Source: Chrysomallon squamiferum (taxonomy: Eukaryota; Animalia; Mollusca). Taken from it: 64,000 nt of DNA. The stretch spans positions 7,254,001 through 7,318,000 of the forward strand of contig CM022665.1 of assembly GCA_012295275.1 (NCBI GenBank), given 5' to 3'. Position numbers and translations under genes: made by a program. The notes below the pieces were generated by a model. It saw only the letters and a program-made list of their open reading frames with translations, was not told the DNA's origin and did no database searches. Below are positions 1 through 17,630 of this stretch, piece by piece. Each line of letters opens with the position of its first letter. Within the stretch, counting starts at the first letter, position 1.

Positions 1-739
1 TTCCATTTATCGTAATAAAAACACTGACAGTTACCATTTTTAGCATAAATGTGAAACGAAAGAACCAAAAAATAAATAAATAAATAAAAATAAATACAAA
101 AATAAATTAAAGTAAATAAATAAATAAAATTATATATTTTTATAAATTCCATAATTAGGCATTTATTCCGATATAATAATAATAATTATTATTATTATTT
201 TAAAATTCATAATTGTACTATATTATTAATTGAAAGAATGAACAAATTTGTCTTCATTCCAAACAGAACAAAATTAAAAAAGCCTTAAAATGTGCGTTCT
301 TGGTGAACATCATTTACCTGCTTGCAGAAAAATCAAAGTCGCCCTTATAATAAATTGTTTTAATTTTTTGTTTTGGATATTTTTTTTATTTTACTCTTAA
401 TTTTTTTTTTTTTTTATAATCGCCTCAGATGCATTGTCCATTGCTTGAAATACTAGTTAAAAGTACTTTACAAACATCAGTGGACGCTTTCAATAACAGA
501 CAAAAGTTGAATTAAGGAAGTTCGGAACTAAACTGTGAAATAACTGAAAGGTAAGTCTTTACGTGTATTCAGTGGGTCAAAACGATAATGCTTCTAATGT
601 TACTTTTTACGATGAAATCAGTTTAAAACGGCCATAATAAAAACTTTAAAAAATAATAAAATAAAATTATATTGTTATATAGTAAAAGATTAAGAAGTAA
701 AATAAACAAACCTTTTAAACGAATTTTGAAAGTCTGCAA

Positions 740-787
<48 letters not shown>

Positions 788-935
788 CAAATAAATAAAT
801 AAATACAAACGGATACGAGAAAAAGTACAATAAAATAAAATAATAAAAGTTTAACTAATTTAAAAAAAAAAAAGGTAATTTTTGTCTTTATTATATGATG
901 AAGGTTTTAAAACCATATCTACGAATGTTCGCTCG

Positions 936-937
<2 letters not shown>

Positions 938-983
<46 letters not shown>
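938..983. repeat. (CA)n microsatellite
   Basis: Pure CA run. Confidence 0.95.
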
Positions 984-984
<1 letters not shown>

Positions 985-1758
985 CTAAGCGATTGTTCAA
1001 ATAATGGTATTAAATTAAAATTGTTACATCCATAACTTGTTTTGCGCTTTATTATTCATTAATTTGGGCAACCGTACGAATTTCACAAACAGAATCAAAA
1101 ACGTATTGTGAAAAGAAGAGCTGTTATCATAATTTAAATTATTAATTTTTTATATTTCAGCCAGACGGTGCGCACATGTGTATGTGTGTGTTTGTTAAAA
1201 AAAAAAAAAAAAAAACTCTTTCACAAATACTCAAATGACACAAAACAGATCACAGTTTCTGTTCATGTAACGCCTGTTAGTTGAAGAGATTTTTTAAAAA
1301 AATTTTTTTTTTTTTTTTTTTTTTGGACAGGGCGTCTGTCTGAACAATATCAGTAACACACGGAAAGAATCCATTGAATTCTTCATCCAAAGTTTGTGTA
1401 ATGACGGCTCCTGGACGGCCATAGGAAGCCATACCAGCGACGCTATAAATGTCGGCGTTTTAAGCGAATTTATTCGTTTTGTCACGAGTACGTGTAAAAC
1501 AAACCCAGATCTCTGTCATACGAGAAGGTGTTCGTTCAGTCAGTGCCAGCATGAACTGTTCATCAATGAAAAGAGCACAATGTGTTTTTACCTGCTGGTA
1601 CTAACTTCTCAATGACTACGTAGAATGTCGACAGGTGTAGATTCAGGTAGAAATCTGACGTACTGCCCAGTGCAAGGTTCGGACAGATATTTATGTTTTT
1701 TAATCGTTGTCACCTTCATGTTCACACTTGACTTTCTTCATACTTTTCGTTTCCTGTC

Positions 1759-1801
<43 letters not shown>
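1759..1801. repeat. (TTA)n microsatellite
   Basis: Pure trinucleotide run. Confidence 0.9.
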
Positions 1802-1806
<5 letters not shown>

Positions 1807-1957
1807 GTCGTCATTATATTTACACTATCACTGTTGTTTTTGTAGTTAATATTATTATTATTACTGTTGTTTTTGTTGTTATCACTGTTTTTATAGTTAT
1901 TATTACTGCTATTTTTGTTATTGTTACAGCTGTTGTTATTACCACTAACTGAATGAC

Positions 1958-1998
<41 letters not shown>

Positions 1999-4964
1999 AG
2001 GTTTTAAATTTCAGTCACTGATTTAGTGGTGAGAACACATTCAGAGGACAGCCATCCATTACGTTTTGTCGACCAAGACTGTTTTGTCTTTTTCTTTTGA
2101 TGTTTTCTTTCTTTGCTCTCGTACCTATTTGATCTTGAACATTTTGTTCCCATCATTATGACGACTCCTCCCCTCTGATTCACACTTACTAGTCCTAACA
2201 GACGATTATCATTCTGCTCATGTTATTACATTTACATTTTTTTTTTTCCCCACAGACAAAGCTTCCAAATAGAAAATGCATCAGAGTGCAAAAAAAAAAA
2301 AAAAAAAAAAAAATCTGTATCATGAACTTGTTAAACGAATATTTCAAAATAAATAAGCTAGAATTGTCGCTGTTTACTCTTGAACTTTAAATTATTTAAT
2401 TAAAAAGCCCAAAAAAAAAAAAAAAAATAAAAAATAAAAAAATATGAAAAGTGTATAAAATGAAATCAACTTTTACATTTGACTTTTTTCGAGATTTTTA
2501 TTTACGTGAAGACGCCTAAGTTTTTGTTTAAAATTATGGATCATTTTTTTCTTTCTTTCTTTTCTTTTTTCCTTTTTCTCGTTAATTATCAGTAATTCAG
2601 CCTCTTTGAAGGTGCGAACGAGAAATGATTAAACAAAATATTACAGACTGACACAAATAGAAAAAAAAGAAAAAAAAAAGGTAGTAAAACATTTAATTGA
2701 ATTATGGCCTTTCTATGCCTTTAACTGCAGTTTTTATTCTACTTTTCTTCCTTTGGTCTTGGTTTTTTGTTTTGCTGTGTTTTGTTACTATTTTTTCTTG
2801 TTTGAAGACAGTGGTATAAAAGCTTTTCTTTCAATATTTTTTTACTTTTTATATGACATTAAACAGAGATATTATGTTGTAGGCAAGCATGGTTCTAAGC
2901 TGATAGTATTCAAATTAACAACACGAAATGGACCGTTTCATTACAGAATGATTCAAAAATTAATTTGTGTGCATGTAGCTACTTTATTCATAATTTTACA
3001 GACGTCGAACTGTAGAGGAAGAAAATATAGATATTTACTATAAACATTTTTCTTGTTCTTTAATTTATTTTTTTTCTTTCTTCTTTGTTTCTTAACGATC
3101 TTTGTTTTCTTTTTGTTTCGTTTGTTCTGTAGTTTTTTTGTTGTTTTTTTTTTTTTTTTTTTGGTTAAATTAGAATTAATCAGTGTCACAATTACAATTT
3201 GTGTTGTCTTTAATCTCTTTATATCCAGTAAATAATCCTGCATTTAATTAAAAAAAAAAAAAGTCTTTATCATCTCGGCATTCATTTATAAATATTTAAA
3301 TAAAATAAAACTAAAAGCTAAGCGAATCTCCCTACTAGCGAGAGAAATCCGTGTTCACTAAACAGAGCCCTCGAGGTTTGAAAAATAATTAGGGATTTCC
3401 CCGTATAATCGAGAGAGACAGCTTTTACAAAACGACGGGCCCTTACTTTGTCTGTCTCACGTTTCTTTGTTCGTTGGCCAAGCTTGGTTGACCAAGTAAA
3501 GACTTTTGAAAACCGGCAGTGTATTATTTTGTCAGACCTCTCAAGATTTGTCTAGATAACCATAAACCTTTGTGAGTTAACATAATGTGCACATTACATT
3601 CTGTTGTTATTTATTGTCCAGCACTGTAGTTTAGAAAGAAGTACTTATATCATTCTGAATAATAAAAACACTGACAACAACAGCGAGAACAAATTAATAA
3701 ATCAATTAATACACAACAACAACAACAACAACAACAAAAATCTATTGGTCTGTAGTTCTTTATGTCTGTTATACTTATCTCTCCAAGGAAAAACAACAAC
3801 AAAGACCAAACAAACAAGCGAGTTATTATTTCATAGACCTCTGTGTCTATAATACTTATTTCTCTAAAAAATAAAAACGATTTGCTGCTTTATAGTGCTT
3901 TATGCCTGTAATACTTATTTTTTCAAGAAACAAGAAAGCCCCAAAACAAACTATTCTGGTTGTACAAAATAAATATATAGATACCACTTTATTCAGACGC
4001 ACACACACTATTGCCCTCTCCCCCCCTCGTTCATTCGCAAGTCATCCTCTGGGATTTGGCACGTCTGTTTTGTCAAAGACTGTGATTTAAATTTTCTTGT
4101 ATCTGAAAAGGAAAATAGAAATGATTCCTTGCTTTTAATCAACAAGAAAATCCCACGAAGACGACACGGCAAGTTCATTGTCATCATTATATAAAAATAT
4201 CTGATAACTACTTAAACAAATATTCATTCTTATATTTACTACTTTAATTGTTGTTACTGAAAGATTTAAAATATATATATATTTTTTTTTATTTAACTGG
4301 GGGTGGGGGTGGGGAGAAAGAAAGAAGAGAATCCAAATTTTTTTTCTTCATATATTTGTTAATTTAATCAATAAAATTAATACATTAAATATGTATTTTG
4401 TTGGGGTGATAATAAAGTGTATATTTCATATATTTTTCTAAATATTTCGAGGATGAAAAAAATCAGAAAAATAATTAGAGGTGATTGACAGAAATGGGTT
4501 TGGGTTATTTGAGACTGTTAATAATATGCATAGTATTATAAAGTATTAATGTCAAAGAACAGTTATCTTGAAAAATGTTACATAAATAACTAAGACAAAG
4601 AAAAATATAATAAAAAAAACACATCCTCAAATAATTTATATGGTTATTGAATTACGAAAAAAATAATAATAATAATTTAGAGTTTTCTTCTTCTTTTCTA
4701 AATATCAAATTTATTTCTAAACAGCAGATGAGTAACTTAACAATGATAATAATGATAATAACAACAATAAATAAATAAAATATACTTTTTATATTGTATT
4801 CTTTTCATTATTATAAAATATTACGTTCAAAAGATTTTAATTTTTTATCATTTTAACCGGCTCGCTTAACTTACACAGACCCATGGTAAGAAAACTCTGT
4901 TTAAAAAAAAAAAAAAAAAAAAAAAAGCATTGATAATCGGAGTCGCGTAAATGTATGTAGCATG

Positions 4965-5001
4965 TTAGGGGTCATGGTATCAGAAAGGTTAGGAATCCCT
5001 G
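4965..5001. mobile_element. Possible hAT-Charlie-type terminal fragment
   Basis: ggggtcatgg..aaaggttaggaatccctg; the reverse complement cagggattcctaacctt resembles the CAGGGGTTCCCAACC-type TIR; no partner end identified. Confidence 0.25.
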
Positions 5002-8000
5002 CCTTTGAGACTATTACTGCTTTTGTGTCGTGGGAAGGTCAAAGGTGACGCACTCGCGGAGGTTATCGGCGTCTGCTGTTATCGGATGGCTGATCTTGAG
5101 GCGTTCTGAAATTTAAGAAGATGTGCACAGCGAAAAGAACGTCACAGATGGCAGAGCACGTATATTACAAGATCTTCTTTTATCACTCTGACATGAGAAA
5201 AGAATTTATTTTGCTGAACCTCCACGGGCGATTTATAGAGTTAAATTTTATGTTTTCCTATAACGACTTTTCACAGAATGTTTATAGCTAATAAATCACT
5301 TTGTTATTTTTCCTCACCAGTAAACATAAAAAGCCACGTAAGCGATTCTTACATTTAGTGGTATAAAAATTGTTCGTAGAAAACTAATAGAGTAGTTAAT
5401 CGCCCCGAAAGGCGATATTTTCTTTAACCTACTCCTCAAGTGGTCATTTTAAACTGGAAAATGTGATATGCTTTATATACTGTAGACATGAAAAGAAAAA
5501 GGGGGAAAATAAAATAAACAAAGTAAGAAAGAGACTAAAAAAAAAAAAAAAAAAAATTCAGAAAGAAGAAAAAGTTGATAAGCTCTCAAAATCATCACAA
5601 CTTTATTTATTTATTAAAATGCACATTGTCCTAAAATATAATCCATGAATAACTGACTATAAGTATAAAATATCTTTATAACAAATTAAGTTATGCGCGT
5701 CTTAACAAATAAAGAAGATTTAAAATGGATAGCTGACGTCTCACGATATATTCTTTTATTACTGATCTTTCGATATCAAATAAATGCTTGTTGAGATTAC
5801 CATCTGTAAATTATTAGGCACAGAGAATACCTACCGAAACTCTGTCCGTCCCCTGACAATATCCTTTTGTTTTGCTGCTTTATCGAGACCTTTAAAGTGG
5901 TATTACACAACAAAACAATCTGTTCGTAATCTGCAAATTCTTTCAGTTTAATATCTGCCAGATATCTCTGCTCTAATACATTATATATATCGAGGTGTAT
6001 CTTTACTAATGCATTGACTAACAGAATTAAAAACCAATTTTTTTTTATAACTTGTGTTCATAAAGACATTAGCTCAACCAGTTTAAACACTGATGTTTTA
6101 TATGCGATGTTTCTTGGGTAATCTTGCTGCACTTTTTGTAACTTTAACAAAAAAAGAAAAACATTATTTTATTTGAAATAACAATAACAATAATAATAAA
6201 CCAGGGGAAAAAAGCAAAGAAAAAACAGAAAAGAAAAGAAAAAGAAGAAAAAGAAAAAAAAGAAAAAAAGAAAGACAGACAAACAAACAAACAAACCCGA
6301 ACAGCAACAGATCGATCGTATTTCAAGAAATAACTTTTTACTCTAATTCACAGAGAAGCAAAGTTTATTCTGTAGCTCACAAGTCAGAGCCCACGAATCA
6401 GATATGAAAGGTATCAGGATAAATATTCCTGTTTGCTCCTTTTAGGAACTGTCCCGTTCCAAACCGTTTCTCACGAGTTCTTTATCATACTTCGTGATAC
6501 ATTTATTCCATTCTTTGAAAAGATTCATAATAAAATTGCTTGTTATTAACCTAAAAGCTTGAAGTGGCAGAAGCTTCTCTCTTATTATTATTATTATTAT
6601 TATACAACTAGCATCTAATAATAGCTATAATGGGCATTAAAGTGTCATTATATATATATTCAGTTCATATCGTTTTTAAAGAAGGAGTATATAGCAAGTT
6701 TTAATAGCACTTTCCTCATTTTATGTTGTTAAACGTCTAACGGTCTAGTATAGTTTCATTCCTGCCATGACCAAACGAAAAGAAATGATAAACGTTCTAG
6801 ATCCGCAGTCGCACACGTACGACAGTTCTGCTTGTTCTACAGAACTCGTTTTGGAATGGAATCTTCCAAACTGCTGAGTAGCATTTTTTCTCAGTTCATT
6901 CGCATCCTGTTAAAAGCCCATTTCCTTAAGAATTACTAGCTTAAAATTATTTGGCTTTACAAGAAGATATATTGTTAAAATAGTGTCGACAGGGGCTAAA
7001 AACATTCTCCTATATCCCCATATATATAGTAACTGTGACAAGTAGAAACATGGGGTCTGGCAAATTGAATGAGTGTTGACGTACTTGGTATGAGTAATTG
7101 AAATACATTCCTGCTTTGGTTTGTTCGTACGGAAAAGTAATCAGCAGGCACGGAGAATGACAGGGTAGTTAGCTTTACTGTCGTATCCTATGCAGAGAAG
7201 TTAATATATCACAACAGTTGTCAGAATTTGTTCTCAAACAAAACAGAAAAAAAAGGGAGGGATTTTTTTTCCTATTTTTTTTTTTTTTAAATGAGTTTTT
7301 TGCCTTCGTTATTCATCTTTCTGAAAATACTGTCATGGCTAGGTTAGTACGAATACTGAAGAAAATAAACTTTGATACGAGTGTATGTTCATTTTATATA
7401 TATATATATAAAATGTTTCCAATTTGCACAAATTTATATTTTTTTAAAAAAAAGAAGAAAAAATTGAAAAAGAAAAAGAGAAAATGTTTTTATTAATAAT
7501 ATTATGAAAATCAGTCACGTATTGTGTATATCTACTAAAAAGGAAATAAATATAATAAAAATATTGGTTTATGTTTGCATAAAGGCGCCTCGTCCAAACA
7601 AAAATGTCTGCTCTTGGCATTTGTTTAAATAAAAATGCAAATAATGCTGTGTCATGCTTTAGCGATTGTTGCAAATTTGAAACTTTTCTCCGATAACAAA
7701 CAACCCCCTCCCACACACATACACAAGCCCACTTAAACAACGTGATTTCTAGACAATGGGAATCGAACGTCATTACTTTCAAGTCTGTAAGATGAACAAC
7801 CATACTTTTATTCAATGCATCCTATTGCTCTGCAAAATACAAATTTATTCATTCAAAATACCAAATAGTTCATCATTTTGTTATAGTAATTTTATTATTA
7901 TTATTATTATTATTATTTTTATTTTGTTCTTAAATTGTGATTATTGAACTAAAGGTTTTATTTTTTAGAAATATTTTTCCTTTGTTCTTTATGATGAATA

Positions 8001-8735
8001 TATTATTATTATTATTATTTAAAATAAACAGGTAATTGTATACTTCTTTTCCACTGCATTTATAGTTAAAACATTTGACAAATTGTTTAAATGTATTCAA
8101 GATATATGTAGACGCTTCTAAAATTTCTAATTTTTATTTCTGTACAAGTTATCTCCCTTTACTAATATTGGTATTTTGTTCGTATTGCATGTGTATTATA
8201 AAATACAGCTTTAAATCAAATCATTTTGGTTTCTCTATAACTTTTTTTGTTCAGTAACAAAGCTACCATCATCAGTGTTATATTTTGAAAATAGAATGAT
8301 TCTGATACCATTTAGATTATAGAAATACTTAGTAATTTTAAGGCCTTCTATCCATTTCAGCCCAAGACTTAAATAAACAGAAAATACTGCAGGAAACTGT
8401 TTATAACACAATCTTTAAATATACACCAAGTCTATGCTAAGTTTCAATTTTTTTTTTTTTTTTTTTTTTTTTTAATAATATAAGAACCAATCAGTTAGAT
8501 TCAGGATATTAAAGGGTACCTGTGGAACAAGGAAATAATAGCTTAAACATTTCTGTATTTCAATCTTACTGTAATGTTTGTGTCACTGTTAGTGTCTGCT
8601 AATAAAATAATATGATAATGGTAAATACATATCTTGAAATTTCATTAATTTCATATATAAATATATGTTTAATGATGATAAAGGTTTTTTGGGGGTTTTT
8701 TTGTAAAATTTTGGAATTGACAATCCACATCATCT

Positions 8736-9830
8736 TCAGAATTCAAAAACTGGTAAATATGGTTCAGTGAAACCAAGAATAGGGTTCTTCATCCAGACAA
8801 CACAAACAAAAGACAAAAGTACCAAATAGGAACTAACAATGAGAAGTAGGTATATTCCCAAAACTGGCAGTCTCCAGATTAGGTAAGTGGTGAGGTGTTC
8901 TAATCCGCTTCCAGAAATGGGGAAAACTGGCATGAGCAATTAAGGCCAATTTAGACTCATGAGGATTGAAAGAAAATTAATGTTTGGAGACATGAAATCA
9001 ATGTGATATCTCAGTAAAATCTGGAGACAGGTTATACTACCAATTTAGATGTATGGGGTTAACGAGATCAAACAAGAGATGTATGAAAAGGGTAGTCAGA
9101 GTAGAGGTTGCAAGGAAATTAATGTTATAACATAAAATTTGGAGACAGGAAATACTACCTATATAAATACTGTAGAGTCATGATGTTTGTTATGTTTAAT
9201 CATGGCTACGAAGGGAGAAATTTCATGTTTAAAGTGTGACTGAATGTGCTTTCAATTTGTGGACAAAATACTGTTTAACAAAAGTACATCAATTAAGGTG
9301 ATGGAACACTGGTTAGTAAGGGTGAGCAATAAAATGCCAGAAATGGAACATCTGGCGTGTCCAGTTAAGATGTGTTATAATCTTACTGCCAGATTCAGTA
9401 ATGCCAGAATTGTGAATAAACCGAGAAATACCTTGGAAACAAGGAACTGAAGTTTCAGCATTGTGTTGCAACTGCAATTAGCAAAGGCTTTACACATGCT
9501 TGTACTGGTGAGTGCCACTTTCACATGCACTGATAAAACTGTATTTCAGTATAATCCATCCTCATTTGGAGACTGAAAGGATCCTAAAACAAATGACAAA
9601 AATGAAGAACCATCTCTGGGGTACTGCAGCAGCAGAAGGGACAAGTTGCAAATGAAAGGCATGACAGACGAGTTAATTTTAGTATTAATAGGTGTGAATT
9701 AAGAGCCCAGAACTCAAAGCTGTGATGAGAAATTTGTGAAGAAGCATGCAAAGTTAAGCATCCTTCAGTCAGTTTTTAAGATTGATTAGTAAGTCTTATG
9801 CACTTCAGTCTTTAGACTGGAATTTTTAAC
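8736..9830 (-). mobile_element. Probable highly decayed retroelement fragment (L1/Tx1-like?)
   Basis: About 1.1 kb block with higher GC and complexity than the flanks, lacking simple repeats, with only short broken ORFs (e.g. HFWKRI on the minus strand); no clear RT motif read. Confidence 0.3.
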
Positions 9831-10647
9831 TGCTGAATTTGTGACCAGATTTATTTTTATATCCGATCATTACATGTTTATTCCCAATATTTGTGTGGTG
9901 ACGGGTGGATTTTTATTTTTATTTTATTTATTATTTAATATTTATTCCATAATTATCTTCATCAAAAGACTACCAGTAACCTTTAATACCATTTATTTCA
10001 CTAAAGTTTACTATTCATTAACTGCTATAGAAACTTTTTATTATATGTATGTATATCATGACTGGACTCAGATGCTACTGTGGTATGTTTACTGTATTAC
10101 CAAGTTTTACCAATCTAAAGTTTGAATAATTCTTGACAAATTAACTCCCAATTATAAAGGATAACCAGTATATTACCTTGTATATGTAATAACCTTTACA
10201 AATAATTTTTTTTTTCCTCTTTTTAAAATAAATAGTTAAGTAAATCAAGAGCTTGTCAATAATTAGAAAACCACTGAATTAATTTTAAAAGGTATAATTT
10301 CAGACCAACATATAATTAAAAACCTCAGAAGAAGTAAAACAGAAAAACATTAGTTATTTTTCAGATATTGTGTCTTATCAAATATATAAACTGACCAAAT
10401 GCCTTAAGGGCATCAACATAACTAAAACCAAAAAATAAATGTATTTAAAAAAATGAAAATTACACAGAAAAGAAAACTTCAGTTATGTCACATTGTGAAA
10501 AACTTTTAATTTCAGCTTTGCATTAACCTGTTAATACAACATAAGTTAATGTAAATAGGAATTACTGGTCAGAAACTATTAATAAAAATGTATGTACGAA
10601 AGTTAATTCTTAAATGTCAGCGCTAAATATAAACTAGATATTTAATG

Positions 10648-11582
10648 CTAAACAAATTTAGTGGCTAATGACATAATCTTTACAAAATCTCCTTTCTTTG
10701 ATCGCAGTGTTGATGGTACAGGAACAGTGATTCTGGTTCCCAATGGCATTCCATTATCCTCCACTAACACAATATTATTACTGTCAAACCGTGGAGCATT
10801 CGGTTTTTGCTTCTGCTTCACACCGACAATGTAAGCTCTTTTTTTCTGTCCTTTTATGGCAACAAGGATTTTGTCTCCAACGGTTCCAACTCCAGTCTTT
10901 GTGTACACGTGGATGACTCGAGGAGGTTTTCCTGCTGCCACTGCTGCTCGACCAAGCCCACTGTTGTCAACCACGTTCATCCTTGCCAGCTTCCTGATTT
11001 CATGAACACAAGCTGTTGTGCTGAAATCACATTAAGATAATTATTTAACAAAACACTGCAGAAATCTGACTGTACAGATATTAATTCATGAATGAAACAA
11101 AATGTTTAGTACTCATTCAACAATCTAACATTAGTTGGTGTAAATATATTGAAGAATGTTTTATAGACTTTTGAAAAAACAATGTTATTTCAGTATAACA
11201 TGCTCAACACATTTTTTGTTATCTACATGCATATATATCACAACAAATGTATGATTAAGTACCATCCAGATAATGAAAGGAAACCTATTTCCACCATGCA
11301 ATGAGCTATTTACAAATTAATAACATTACCATAAACTGAAAAGCAGACACATGTTTACTATCACTGATCCTACAATTACTAATTGGTATCCATCAGTAAT
11401 CAGCACAAATTTTGTCTAACATTATTTCAAATGTTCTGGGCTGCTGCACTAACGTGTTGTTAATCTTTAATGAGACTTTTTTATATATTTTTGATAAATA
11501 CCAACCTGAAATAATTCTGAAATGAATTCCTGCATAATGGTACAAAATTAAGTTTCCCAAGGGTCTGAGTAAGATGTGCCAT
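10648..11582 (-). CDS. MRPL14: Mitochondrial ribosomal protein uL14m (39S L14), 149 aa, 2 coding exons
   Basis: Exons 11582-11506 (ATG..AG|gttggt) and 11020-10648 (tttcag|C..TAG) join in phase 2 to give MAHLTQTLGKLNFVPLCRNSFQNYFSTTACVHEIRKLARMNVVDNSGLG...GDKILVAIKGQKKRAYIVG...RFDSNNIVLVEDNGMPLGTRITVPVP...LATKFV. The uL14 motifs VVDNS, GDKILVAIKG and FDSNNIVL are present, and the N-terminus looks like a mitochondrial presequence. An acceptor at 11608-11607 implies an upstream non-coding exon. Confidence 0.95.
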
Positions 11583-12477
11583 AACTGTTTCTTTAGAAAT
11601 TTCTACCTGCAATGTTTACTGGAAAACCTGTAATAATAATAATAATAAATTATCTGAAAGCTGCTTATTACATGAAAAAACATAATGTAAAATTTCGGAG
11701 AAATTTCAACTTGTTAATTCAGTCTAATTTCCCTTTTCACCTTCCACCTCCATCATTGTGTCTGCTCTGGCAAAGGCTTTCTTCTGTATTTTTACCACTC
11801 TAGGGAGACAAACAGCAAGGCCTGTTGATTTAAGTGTGCAAGAAATGGTGGCAAATGATGGAATGAAACATAAAGCAGAATTTGATAAACATTGCAATTT
11901 GTAATTTTATGTGACCTTTTTCATATGATCTTGTACAGACAATAAGACTAGTTGAAGATATTATTATTATTATTATTATTTTGGTGTTTAATTGAAATGT
12001 TATTTTAAAAGCTTTTATTTTTTCACAGTATTTCGATTGCAAATTCGAGGATATAATTATATTACTTAATGTAAATATAGAAAAACAGTAGTCACTTAGT
12101 TTAATTTGGTGAATTTATGAATTATGACACTGGTGACCCTTCGGAAATTGCCGATACATGTGGTACCATCAATATGATGATTATACATGGATTGTATCGC
12201 TGCATGACATTGGATGATCACGATGGACTGAATATAACAAAGTGTTTATTTAATAATAGATAAACTAACATATATACAATAGTGAAAAAACTTATTATAA
12301 AACAAAAGTGTACATACAGATAATCATAACAATCTACATTTACCATAGTTTAAATTAACAATTTGTTATTGTCTTCCAGTCACACTGAAGTCACGTCGCT
12401 AATTTTTATTTTCTATGTGGAGTTATCTCCCTTCCTTTGAAAACTGATCTAAAACTAGTATGAAAACGGGGAAAGTA

Positions 12478-12478
<1 letters not shown>

Positions 12479-12537
<59 letters not shown>

Positions 12538-12825
12538 TAAAAAATAATACAATAAAAATTAAATTATTTTTTTTAAAAATAATATAACAAATATTATCGT
12601 GGTAGAAAGCTATCGGATGTAAATAAATAATTATGAATGTTAATTTGCCAGTTCACTAAACCAAATATAGCTTTTTAAAGATAATCATCGTTCTCGTTTG
12701 TAATTTCTGTTCCTTAGGATGAAAATGAGTAAGAGTGCGCACACGCAAACTGAAATGTAATAAACAAATAAATAAATAACTGGAAAATTAAAATAATAAT
12801 TAAAAAGGACTTACAGACCGAGGAT

Positions 12826-12877
<52 letters not shown>
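12479..12877. repeat. Two (AAT)n microsatellites (12479-12534, 12828-12877)
   Basis: Pure AAT runs between the MRPL14 and MDH1 coding regions. Confidence 0.9.
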
Positions 12878-12878
<1 letters not shown>

Positions 12879-13474
12879 TAGAAATCATATTATTAATGTA
12901 TTTAAGTAGTCGATCAAAGTTTCTTGTTTCGTTCCCCATTTCTTAAAGTGAAATAATTTCGAAATAAAGAGATATCTGCATTCATGAATACATCCACAAC
13001 GACTTTATTACTTTTCGTAATACCTTAATATAGCAAAGATTAGCTTCAAGATTAATCTGAAAGTATGCCTTATATATAAATATTGTTTTTAAAATGTCGA
13101 GACAGATTATTTATTTGTATGACTTCTGAGTTATTTACAATTCTGACAGCAAAACTAAGGATTTTAAATGTCCATAAACCTATTTTGTTAACGATGTCTA
13201 AATAATTGTTTTAAAATAAAAATATAAACAATCACTGCAAATTCACAGAGTGTATTCGCTTCAGCGTGTTACAAGTATAAAATGAAAGATCAAATGTGAA
13301 GAACATTTCCTACTTAAATACTTCAGAAATGTGTCCTTGATGAGGTGAAAATAATTTTTGTGGAGGGCAAACATAAAGAAGGAAAATCATATGACCTTCA
13401 CCTTTTAGTATCGACCTTCGCTTTCGAAAAAAGAGTATTGAGGGTCACTTGTCTTAACTGAAGTATTAGCAAAA

Positions 13475-17609
<4,135 letters not shown>

Positions 17610-17612
<3 letters not shown>

Positions 17613-17630
17613 CAACCTTCAAAACTCTGA
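17610..17630 (+). other. Putative stop-codon readthrough extension of MDH1 encoding PTS1 (X-Q-P-S-K-L-stop)
   Basis: TGA CAA CCT TCA AAA CTC TGA directly follows the last MDH1 codon (GCG) in frame; SKL-stop is the canonical PTS1. Confidence 0.8.

Noticed and set aside
623-8257. Many 60-120 aa ORFs rich in I, F, L, K or N
   Set aside because: Mostly translations of microsatellites and poly-A/T runs; no recognisable domains.
12174-12231. Box C/D snoRNA-like pattern (ATGATGA...CTGA)
   Set aside because: No + strand host intron here, weak terminal stem and no convincing rRNA/snRNA complementarity.
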